Shown: in pieces, positions 1-7,082 of the stretch
Layout: each line of letters opens with the position of its first letter
Position numbering within the stretch: the first letter of the stretch is position 1
Source of the DNA: Promethearchaeota archaeon
Lineage (GTDB): Archaea > Asgardarchaeota > Odinarchaeia > Odinarchaeales > JBHLKK01
Direction of reading: 5' to 3'
Length of the DNA: 32,000 nucleotides
Assembly (NCBI GenBank): GCA_048939465.1
Contig: JBHLPL010000009.1
Span: 1 to 32,000 of the forward strand
Notes under the pieces: model-generated
Databases searched by the model: none
What the model was told of the DNA's origin: nothing
What the model saw: the letters and a program-made list of their open reading frames with translations, nothing else
Made by a program: the position numbers and the translations under genes

Positions 1-1349
1 TTGATAAGTATCTCAAGAAGATGGAACAAGAAAGCAAAAGACCAGGGGCTTCAAAGGCGATAAAGACAATATTGGAAAATCCAATCATGTCCAGCATTAG
101 AATTAGACTGCAGAGTCTGATTCTGCAGGGAATTGAACATCCCAAAATCTCAGCAATATCAAGGTTCGTGTCCAAATGGATTTTCAAAAAACCTGACTCA
201 CGTATAATCGTATTTACTCAATTCAGAGAGTCCGCAAGAATCCTAACGGAGACGCTGAGCAAGTTGGATAATGTTAAAGTCGTCCGATTCGTTGGGCAAG
301 CCAGCAGGACGGGCGATAAAGGAATCTCTCAGAAGGAACAAACGAGAATACTGCAGGAATTTAGGTCAGGAGAGACTAACGTCCTTGTGGCTACAAGTGT
401 TGCTGAGGAAGGTTTGGATATTAGTGAATGTGATCTGGTTGTTTTCTATGATTGTGTACCAAGCTCAATTCGGGCAATTCAGCGTAGAGGACGTACGGGA
501 AGGAGAATGACGGGGCACGTGTACATTCTAATAACTCGAGGCACGAGGGACGAGGCATATTATTGGTCCGCATTCCATAAGGAAAGAAGGATGTATGGCA
601 TATTGCGCGGTATGAAGAAAACATCTAGAGAGCTTTCTAAAGAGAGAGGAGAACAACATCCTTTGGAACGATTCATAAGAGATGGTGTAGCTGAAACTGG
701 TCTCAGCATTGTGACTGATTATAGAGAGATGAATTCACCAGTTGTCAAGGAATTGGCCCGTCTAAAGATCGGAGTAAAACCCGCGCAGTTGGCGGTTGCA
801 GATTATATAGTATCGGAAGATGTAGCAATAGAACGAAAGACTACGGAAGATTTCCTTCAATCATTGGTTGATCAGCGGCTGTTTAGACAATTGAAAGACA
901 TGATACAAGAATATGGGAATTCACTCCTAATAATAGAGGGCGAAAAACTATATGGGCTGAGAGCAATCAATCCGAATGCTATTAGAGGAGCTCTTGCTAG
1001 CATAGCAGTCGATTTCCGAATGCCAATACTCTGGACAAAAACACCAGTCGAGACCGCAAGACTGTTATCGGTTATCGCCCGGAGGGAGCAAATAGAACGA
1101 GACAAGGAGATCTCTATTAAGGGCGAGAAAGCGCCGCTAACGATAGGTGAGCAGCAAGAGTACTTGTTATCAAGATTGCCGGGAATCAATAGAAAACTTG
1201 CAGGGAGATTACTAGTGCATTTTGGAAGCCCAGAACAGGTTTTTGCTGCTACTGTTGATGAACTCCAAGAAGTTCACGGCATAGGAAAGAAGACTGCAGA
1301 GAGAATACGCCAGATACTAACGTCGAAATATGCTGATGGAAAGTCATGA
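1..1349 (+). CDS. hef: Hef helicase/nuclease (FANCM/XPF-like), 5' end outside the window: helicase C-terminal domain, ERCC4 nuclease and HhH
   Basis: The frame is open from the window edge. SF2 motifs ATSVAEEGLDI and QRRGRTGR, ERCC4 motif ERKTTED, and C-terminal HhH VHGIGKKTAERI. Confidence 0.93.
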   Translation, partial: DKYLKKMEQESKRPGASKAIKTILENPIMSSIRIRLQSLILQGIEHPKISAISRFVSKWIFKKPDSRIIVFTQFRESARILTETLSKLDNVKVVRFVGQASRTGDKGISQKEQTRILQEFRSGETNVLVATSVAEEGLDISECDLVVFYDCVPSSIRAIQRRGRTGRRMTGHVYILITRGTRDEAYYWSAFHKERRMYGILRGMKKTSRELSKERGEQHPLERFIRDGVAETGLSIVTDYREMNSPVVKELARLKIGVKPAQLAVADYIVSEDVAIERKTTEDFLQSLVDQRLFRQLKDMIQEYGNSLLIIEGEKLYGLRAINPNAIRGALASIAVDFRMPILWTKTPVETARLLSVIARREQIERDKEISIKGEKAPLTIGEQQEYLLSRLPGINRKLAGRLLVHFGSPEQVFAATVDELQEVHGIGKKTAERIRQILTSKYADGKS

Positions 1350-1691
1350 TTTTTGAATGCGTCTTATTTTTTCAAGAATATCCAGCAGTTCGTTCAGAAG
1401 TTTTGCAATCGAGCGGAGCTTTTCAGGATCTTTCTCCTCCTCCATTCTTTTATTGAGATCCTGAAGTTTGGAGGACACGATTTCATCCATCCGAGGGAGC
1501 AGAACGCTTGAAACAACAGAGCTGCTTTCCTCTCCCTCTTTTACGATCAGCACCTTTTTGTCACAAGTAGGACAGTAAATATCTCCGTGTACTTTGAATA
1601 AAGGAGAAGCGCATACAGGGCAAGAATTCGAGAGCATAGTTGCGCCAGACAGAAGTAATTCTACCATCTTGTTGGTTTTCTTCTTTTTCAT
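1344..1691 (-). CDS. UPF0148 / Sjogren autoantigen-1 family zinc-ribbon protein
   Basis: LLSGATMLSNSCPVCASPLFK...IYCPTC matches the family pattern (two CxxC pairs followed by a helical C-terminus). Confidence 0.85.
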   Translation of the reverse strand: MKKKKTNKMVELLLSGATMLSNSCPVCASPLFKVHGDIYCPTCDKKVLIVKEGEESSSVVSSVLLPRMDEIVSSKLQDLNKRMEEEKDPEKLRSIAKLLNELLDILEKIRRIQKS

Positions 1692-1773
1692 TTCTCGTCA
1701 CCATATAAGAACGTTTAAGAATATCTTTAATTACTTTTTCATACAACTCAAATTTAAGCGAGGTCGTATAACA

Positions 1774-2077
1774 ATGGATGAGGAAGCGGACGAGAAGGTA
1801 AATCAAGCAATGACAGTATTAGGCATGATAGCTGAAGATACCTCTGTCCCCAGAAACATCAGACGTGCAGCAAATGAGGCTACTGATGCACTTCAAGACT
1901 CCAAGATTGAAAGTATGGCTGTGAGGGCATCAAATGCGATATCGATTCTCGACGAGGTATCTCAAGATCCAATCCGTTAAGAGTGTCCTCTTGGCGGGGA
2001 TAAACTGCCCCTTACACGCCAGAACAAAAATATGGAATGTAGTGAGCATACTTGAAACCGTCAAAGACTATGAATAG
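1774..2077 (+). CDS. UPF0147 family protein, two exons (1774-1972 and 2004-2077), 90 aa after splicing
   Basis: Exon 1 gives ...DTSVPRNIRRAA...RASNAISILDEVSQDP. The conserved tail NCPLHARTKIWNVVSILETVKDYE* continues in another frame after a 31-nt insert. Confidence 0.92.
1973..2003 (+). other. BHB intron (31 nt) in UPF0147 mRNA
   Basis: Central helix AUCC(1967-70)/GGAU(1998-2001), 3-nt bulges AAU(1971-73) and AAA(2002-04), intron stem CCGUUAAGAG/CUCUUGGCGG (10 bp including 2 G-U) with a UGUC loop. Cutting 2 nt into each bulge restores CCA-AAC-UGC (P-N-C). Confidence 0.9.
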
Positions 2078-2232
2078 CCTTGAGAAATTCAGCTCCTCTC
2101 TATTTAATACTACCTGAGATTTCTTTTATTCCTTCTTGTTTCATATCAATAGTCCAGGATTTCACTATCAAGTAGCTGGACTTCGCACCGCGGAATCAAT
2201 TTCACTTCAGAAGAATTACCTGATTCCGAGAA

Positions 2233-2246
2233 AAGAATTAATAAAT
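2233..2246 (+). promoter_or_regulatory. BRE/TATA-like promoter of tRNA-Ser
   Basis: Purine run AAAAGAA followed by TTAATAAA about 35 nt upstream of the mature tRNA 5' end. Confidence 0.5.
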
Positions 2247-2277
2247 GGCTAATTAGAAAGTACTCTCGGAATGCTGT

Positions 2278-2459
2278 GCCGGGGTAGCCAAGTGGTCTAC
2301 GGCGCTGGCCTCGAGAGCAGCTAACATAAAAGGAAGAATACATAAAAGACAACGGAAATCCTTTGGGACAGATTGAACAAGAAAGTCAGTGACGCAGTAG
2401 CGTCTCGCGGGTTCGAATCGGCGCTACATTACGCCGCGAGAATCCTGCCCCCGGCGCCA
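2278..2459 (+). tRNA. tRNA-Ser(CGA) with two introns (37/38: 2316-2383; 59/60: 2418-2442) and encoded CCA
   Basis: Acceptor stem GCCGGGG/CCCCGGC, discriminator G plus CCA, anticodon arm CTGGC-CTCGAGA-GTCAG after removing intron 1, long variable arm GACGC-AGTA-GCGTC, T arm GCGGG-TTCGAAT-CCTGC after removing intron 2. Confidence 0.93.
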
Positions 2460-2538
2460 CTTAATACAACCCATGTTACCGATCAATTAGTGCATCAATC
2501 AACACGAGTCGGGATTGGAGGGTTGGTGTTGAGGCTGT

Positions 2539-2863
2539 GTAGACTGCCCCCCGCTTTCGCAGGGAGCCTTCCATCAGAGGTTGAGTATGGTGCACCGCAC
2601 CACGCAACCCCACCGTCAACAGGACGAAAGAGCCTGCCTACAGGGACTCCAGCTCTGGTAAACTGGGAAAAGACGTTGTACCCTCGAACTTCCCGCACCT
2701 TATCTCATCAATCCCCCCCGCGGGTCATTAACCGTTTCCACATGGGAGAAAAGCGTGCCTTTAGCCCTATTCGAATATATTGCAAGAATGTAGAATGTAC
2801 TTGGAGACGGTTCAATCACTCTCCGCCCTTCCGGACGGAGTTTCCTTGAGGTGGTTCAGGTGT
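2539..2863 (+). mobile_element. Element E1 (325 nt): ORF-less IS200/IS605-like (omegaRNA/HEARO-like) insertion near the 5' end of porG
   Basis: Starts GTAGACTGCCCC plus a hairpin, ends with hairpin CTCCG..CGGAG-TTTCCTTGAGGTGGTTCAGGTGT directly before ATGAA. Its 3' half aligns with E2 and E3. Family assignment is inference from end motifs. Confidence 0.7.
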
Positions 2864-3420
2864 ATGAAATTCGCTGGCATGGTCGAGGAGGACAAGGTGC
2901 AGTAACAGCATCCTATGTTCTCGTAGATGCCGCATATAGAGACGGCTATGAAGGCGTTCAGTCTTTTCCTTTTTTCGGTGCTGAGAGGAGAGGGGCACCA
3001 GTTAAAGCGTTTACTAGAATTTCAAAGACGATGATATATTCCCGCTGCCAAATTTATGAGCCTGATGCGATCATAGTTTTGGATCCTACTTTGCTGGATA
3101 TTGTCGATGTTACGGAAGGATTGAAAAGAGGCGGAGTCATTGTAGCCAATGCAAATGAGGTTCCAAAGAAATGGAGAAACAAGAATTGGAAGATATACAT
3201 AGTTGATGCTACTGCAATAGCGCTAGAAGTCGGCTTGATCGTAGCGGGATCCCCTGTATTAAACACGCCGATGCTGGGCGCATTTGCTAAAGCAACGGGA
3301 TTAGTAAGGCTGGAGAGAATCAAGGAAGCGATAAGCAATAAGTGGAAAGGCAAGGCCGGAGAAAGAAATATAAAAGCGGCAGAATTAGCATATGAACAGT
3401 GTAAATTGGTAGTATCTTAG
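2860..3420 (+). CDS. porG: 2-oxoacid (pyruvate):ferredoxin oxidoreductase gamma subunit
   Basis: YEIRWHGRGGQGAV and FFGAERRGAPVKAFTRIS. GTG at 2860 follows SD GAGGTG. Substrate specificity (por versus vor/kor) cannot be resolved from sequence. Confidence 0.92.
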   Translation: MYEIRWHGRGGQGAVTASYVLVDAAYRDGYEGVQSFPFFGAERRGAPVKAFTRISKTMIYSRCQIYEPDAIIVLDPTLLDIVDVTEGLKRGGVIVANANEVPKKWRNKNWKIYIVDATAIALEVGLIVAGSPVLNTPMLGAFAKATGLVRLERIKEAISNKWKGKAGERNIKAAELAYEQCKLVVS

Positions 3421-3436
3421 GCTAGGGGGACTTATT

Positions 3437-3769
3437 CTGAATTCTGGAACTCGGCAAAAGAGTCTGGTTCTTGGAAAGACTGCTAAGACCAAGAAAAAGA
3501 AAGCAGGAATTAGACCTGACGCAATACCTTTATCAAAGCCTGGCAGGGGATCTTACGGCAGAACCGGAGATTGGAGAACCTTCAAGCCGGTAATGGATAA
3601 AGAAAAATGCAACAAATGTATGCTCTGTTGGCTTTATTGTCCAGAAGGAGTAATAGATCAAGGGAAAGAAGGATATCCGAAAATCGATTATATGTATTGT
3701 AAAGGTTGTGGCATTTGTGCTCAAGAATGCCCATCCAAGTGCATAGAAATGGTGAGAGAGGAAAAGTAA
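3437..3769 (+). CDS. porD: 2-oxoacid:ferredoxin oxidoreductase delta subunit (2x[4Fe-4S]); start codon uncertain, missing from the ORF track
   Basis: The frame encodes PLSKPGRGSYGRTGDWRTFKPVMDKEKCNKCMLCWLYCPE...YCKGCGICAQECPSKCIEMVREEK*. There is no in-frame ATG/GTG/TTG before the conserved region; CTG at 3437 after GGGGGA is tentative. Confidence 0.88.
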   Translation: MNSGTRQKSLVLGKTAKTKKKKAGIRPDAIPLSKPGRGSYGRTGDWRTFKPVMDKEKCNKCMLCWLYCPEGVIDQGKEGYPKIDYMYCKGCGICAQECPSKCIEMVREEK

Positions 3770-4065
3770 ACTATTCCTCTCCTGTCGAAGGAGCTTATGA
3801 CTATGCTAGACCTCAATTCCCGAGCGGGCTTTGGTTCCGGTACACGCCAAATCAGGGGGCAGTTTACATCGTCCCAGCCCACTAGTCCCCATATAACGTC
3901 GGGGTTTATAGTTTATTTCACACATCTTCCCCACAGGTCGGTGACCGTTTCCGCGTCAGAGAGGGGTGCGCCTTTAGATATTTCAGCAAATATATAACAA
4001 ACGTATTTGAAGGCCACTAAATTCCTCTCCTCCCTTTCGGACGGATTCTCCTTGAGGTGGTTCAA
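3766..4065 (+). mobile_element. Element E2 (300 nt) at the porD/porA junction
   Basis: Starts GTAAACT (overlaps the porD TAA), ends TTCTCCTTGAGGTGGTTCAA directly before ATGAA (porA start). About 70% ungapped identity to E3 over 138 nt by hand count. Confidence 0.8.
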
Positions 4066-5277
4066 ATGAAAACACAGATTATGACGGGAAATACGGCTGC
4101 AGCGTATGCTGCCAAATATGCGAGAGCACAAGTTATCGCTGCTTATCCCATAACACCACAAACCACAATCGTAGAAGCGATAGCGAGTCTCATAGATGAA
4201 GGTGAAATGGAAGCAGAATACATTCGTGTCGAGAGTGAACACAGTGCTATGGCAGCTTGCATTGGTGCTGCCGCTACTGGAGCCAGAGCATTTACTGCAA
4301 CATCATCCCATGGCCTTACTTTGATGCATGAAATGCTTCATTGGGCTAGCGGATCTAGGTTGCCCATTGTTATGGCAAATGTCAATCGAGCCATGGGACC
4401 GCCGTGGAATATATGGCCCGATCACAATGATAGCATATCACAAAGAGATGTTGGATGGATACAATTCTATGTCGAAAACAATCAAGAGGTATTCGATACG
4501 ATCTTACAGTGCTACCGGATTTCTGAAAACCAAGAAGTTCTGTTGCCCTCCATGGTGAACCTCGACGGCTTTATTATTTCTCACACCTCTGCCCCGCTAA
4601 GCTTACCTGGTCAAGAAGAGGTCGATGAATTCATACCGGACTATAACCCAAATCCGGAGAAACAACTTGTCATGGATACTCACAAACCAGTGACACATGG
4701 CAACATCATTATGGTTAACAGTCCAGACGATTGGTATTATGAGTATCGTTATATGATTCACGAAGCTATGATGAACGCCAAGAAGGTCATTCAAGAAGTT
4801 GTAGAGGAGTTTCACAGAAGATTCGGTAGGTCACACGGGGGATTGGTTGAAGAGTATAAATGTAAAGATGCAAACCTGATTTTAGTATCCATGGGAACTA
4901 TTGCAAGCCAGGCTAAAGCCGCTATCGATGAGTTGAGACAGGAAGGATACAAAGTGGGAGCTCTCAAGCTAAGGGTTTTTAGACCATTTCCTAGGGAGGA
5001 GTTCCAAAGACTGGCAGATAGAGTCGAAGCCCTTGCGGTGATAGACAGGAACATATCTTTTGGAATGGGGGGTGCAGCTTCCGCAGAGATTAAGGCTGCA
5101 TTATACAATCACAAGAAACACCCATTAATCTTGGAGAACATCGCAGGAATAGGAGGGAGAGACGTGACATCCTCCGATATTAAAAAGATGGTTCTGGGTG
5201 CATTAGAAGTGCTAGAAACTGGTAAAACAGGAGAGGATATTAATTGGCATGGCCTCCGAGTGGGAGAAATGAAGTAG
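4066..5277 (+). CDS. porA: 2-oxoacid:ferredoxin oxidoreductase alpha subunit
   Basis: AYPITPQT, VESEHSAM, ATSSHGL, NVNRAMGPP, KLRVFRPFP. ATG at 4066 with SD GAGGTG. Confidence 0.95.
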   Translation: MKTQIMTGNTAAAYAAKYARAQVIAAYPITPQTTIVEAIASLIDEGEMEAEYIRVESEHSAMAACIGAAATGARAFTATSSHGLTLMHEMLHWASGSRLPIVMANVNRAMGPPWNIWPDHNDSISQRDVGWIQFYVENNQEVFDTILQCYRISENQEVLLPSMVNLDGFIISHTSAPLSLPGQEEVDEFIPDYNPNPEKQLVMDTHKPVTHGNIIMVNSPDDWYYEYRYMIHEAMMNAKKVIQEVVEEFHRRFGRSHGGLVEEYKCKDANLILVSMGTIASQAKAAIDELRQEGYKVGALKLRVFRPFPREEFQRLADRVEALAVIDRNISFGMGGAASAEIKAALYNHKKHPLILENIAGIGGRDVTSSDIKKMVLGALEVLETGKTGEDINWHGLRVGEMK

Positions 5278-5570
5278 ACTGCCCCTCCGATAAGAAAGGA
5301 GTTTATGACTATGTTTGACTACAATTTCTTCAGGGGGTCCGGTTGCATCACATGCCAAATCAGGGGACGGTTTATAGCGTCCCAGCCCAGTGACCCGCAC
5401 ACAGCGTCGAGGTATGTAGTCTCTTTCACCCATGCTCCTCATCCGTTATTAGCCGCTTCCTCCCTCCGAGAGCGTACCTCTGAATCCATTAGCACGGTTG
5501 AAACGAACGTATTTAAGGACCGCCCAATTGATCCCTTACTTTTCGGAAAGAAACTTCGTGAGGTGGTTTG
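5274..5570 (+). mobile_element. Element E3 (297 nt) at the porA/porB junction
   Basis: Starts GTAGACTGCCCC (overlaps the porA TAG), ends CTTCGTGAGGTGGTTTG directly before ATGAA (porB start). Homologous to E2. Confidence 0.8.
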
Positions 5571-6476
5571 ATGAACTCAATATTAGGACTTCCGAGGAAG
5601 GAACTCGTGTATAAGGGAAATAGCGCGTGTATGGGTTGTAGCGCTGTATTGGCAATGAGACATGTGTTAAAAGCTCTAGGTGAGCAAACTGTCATGATCA
5701 TACCGGCAGGCTGTAGCACAATAATTCAGGGTCTCTATCCAAAAACTGCTATTGGCGTTCCTCTGCTCAACATCGCTTTCGAGGCTGCTGCAGCTGCGGC
5801 CTCCGGCATTACAGCAGGATTTAGAGCTCAAGGAAAGAAGGACATTACTGTGGTAGCGTGGGCAGGAGATGGAGGGACATTTGATATTGGACTTCAGGCA
5901 TTAAGTGGTGCGGCAGAACGTCAGACGAATATGATTTACATATGTTATGACAACGAGGCATACATGAATACGGGAATTCAACGTAGCGGCGCAACCCCCT
6001 ACGGAGCCATAACGACCACGACGCCGGGAGGAAAGAGACTACCTAAAAAGGACCTTGATGCGATTGTCTTGGCTCACGACGTACCTTATTTGGCAACTGC
6101 CAACATAGGATACCCACAGGACCTCTATAGGAAAGTCAAAAAAGCGAAAGAAAAGGAAGGATTCAGATTCATCCACATACTAAGTCCTTGCCCCCCAGGA
6201 TGGAGGTTTGATTCAAGTCTTACAGTCACCCTGGCGAAGTTGGCGGTTCAGACTGGCATATGGGTACTGTTTGAGGTGGAAGACGGCAAATTCAGACTTT
6301 CAGGACCAAGCAAGAGACTGCTGGACCCGAATAAAAGAAAGCCTGTCGAAGATTATCTGAAGCTTCAGGGAAGATTCTCAGAGCTCACAGGTGAGGATGT
6401 GAAAGAGATAAATAGAGAGATCGTGGAAAACTGGCAAGAAATAAACAGAAAAGTCTCTCGAGCAGAAGGAGTGTAG
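5571..6476 (+). CDS. porB: 2-oxoacid:ferredoxin oxidoreductase beta subunit (TPP-binding)
   Basis: ACMGC, GDGGTFDIGLQ...CYDNEAYMNTGIQRS (TPP motif), SPCPPGW. Confidence 0.95.
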   Translation: MNSILGLPRKELVYKGNSACMGCSAVLAMRHVLKALGEQTVMIIPAGCSTIIQGLYPKTAIGVPLLNIAFEAAAAAASGITAGFRAQGKKDITVVAWAGDGGTFDIGLQALSGAAERQTNMIYICYDNEAYMNTGIQRSGATPYGAITTTTPGGKRLPKKDLDAIVLAHDVPYLATANIGYPQDLYRKVKKAKEKEGFRFIHILSPCPPGWRFDSSLTVTLAKLAVQTGIWVLFEVEDGKFRLSGPSKRLLDPNKRKPVEDYLKLQGRFSELTGEDVKEINREIVENWQEINRKVSRAEGV

Positions 6477-6688
6477 AAAGAGATTCAGAGACGAAATGAT
6501 ATACTACGTTATAGGACAAAGTAAGATGTTGTATGCCGACGTATTACGTTCTACGATTGCAGGAGGAGTACTGAGGGGTATTGGTTTCTTTACGCAAGAT
6601 TTTTAAGAAGATACAATAAATAAGAATCACCTCTTTAGAGGTTTTCAACTTCAAGTATAAAATCAGAGCCAAAATGGGGTGAAGTCTA

Positions 6689-6991
6689 ATGACAGAGAAC
6701 ACAATCTTTGTTGGAAACAAACCAGTTATGAACTATGTTTTGGCATGCGTAACTCAGCTGAATCAAACCGACATGGAAGAAATAGTCATTAAAGCAAGAG
6801 GACGGGCGATTAGTCGCGCAGTTGATGTTGCAGAGATACTCAGAAATCGATTCATGACCAATGTTGACGTAAAAGACATAAAGATCAGCACTGAGCAAAT
6901 TAATACCGCAGAGGGCGGAACAGCAAACGTCAGTGCAGTCGAGATCTCGCTGGGTATGAAAGCTGCCAAACCTAGTAAAAAGAAGAAGTAG
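6689..6991 (+). CDS. albA: DNA/RNA-binding protein Alba
   Basis: [38 protein letters not shown]; extra basic C-terminal tail. Confidence 0.96.
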   Translation: MTENTIFVGNKPVMNYVLACVTQLNQTDMEEIVIKARGRAISRAVDVAEILRNRFMTNVDVKDIKISTEQINTAEGGTANVSAVEISLGMKAAKPSKKKK

Positions 6992-7017
6992 AAATACCTT
7001 CTAAGGCAAAGGGAACT

Positions 7018-7036
7018 CTTTTTTCTTTTTCTTTTT
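7018..7036 (+). terminator. Oligo-T archaeal terminator after alba
   Basis: CTTTTTTCTTTTTCTTTTT-type run about 25 nt after the stop, between convergent genes. Confidence 0.6.
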
Positions 7037-7082
7037 AGTTGTATGACCTTTCAACACAAATATGAAGACGATGGGAATTTTG

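Noticed and set aside
2001-2011. TAAACTGCCCC resembles the 5' end of the por elements
   Set aside because: It mostly encodes the conserved N-C-P of UPF0147 exon 2, and no other element features follow.
2530-2865. E1 removal as a BHB intron (TGAG 2530-33 could pair with TTCA 2855-58)
   Set aside because: There is no intron-side helix and the exon helix is mostly G-U. The element already supplies an SD and an in-frame GTG, so splicing is not needed.
3797-5571. Similar small ORFs in E2 (66 aa, 3797-3997) and E3 (88 aa, 5305-5571) beginning MTM, each after an AAGGAG
   Set aside because: Over 46 aligned codons the differences fall 12/15/13 on codon positions 1/2/3, so there is no coding bias. 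The AGGAG/GGAG is the 3' arm of the terminal hairpin. The E3 ORF ending in a TGATG overlap with porB is noted but not enough on its own.
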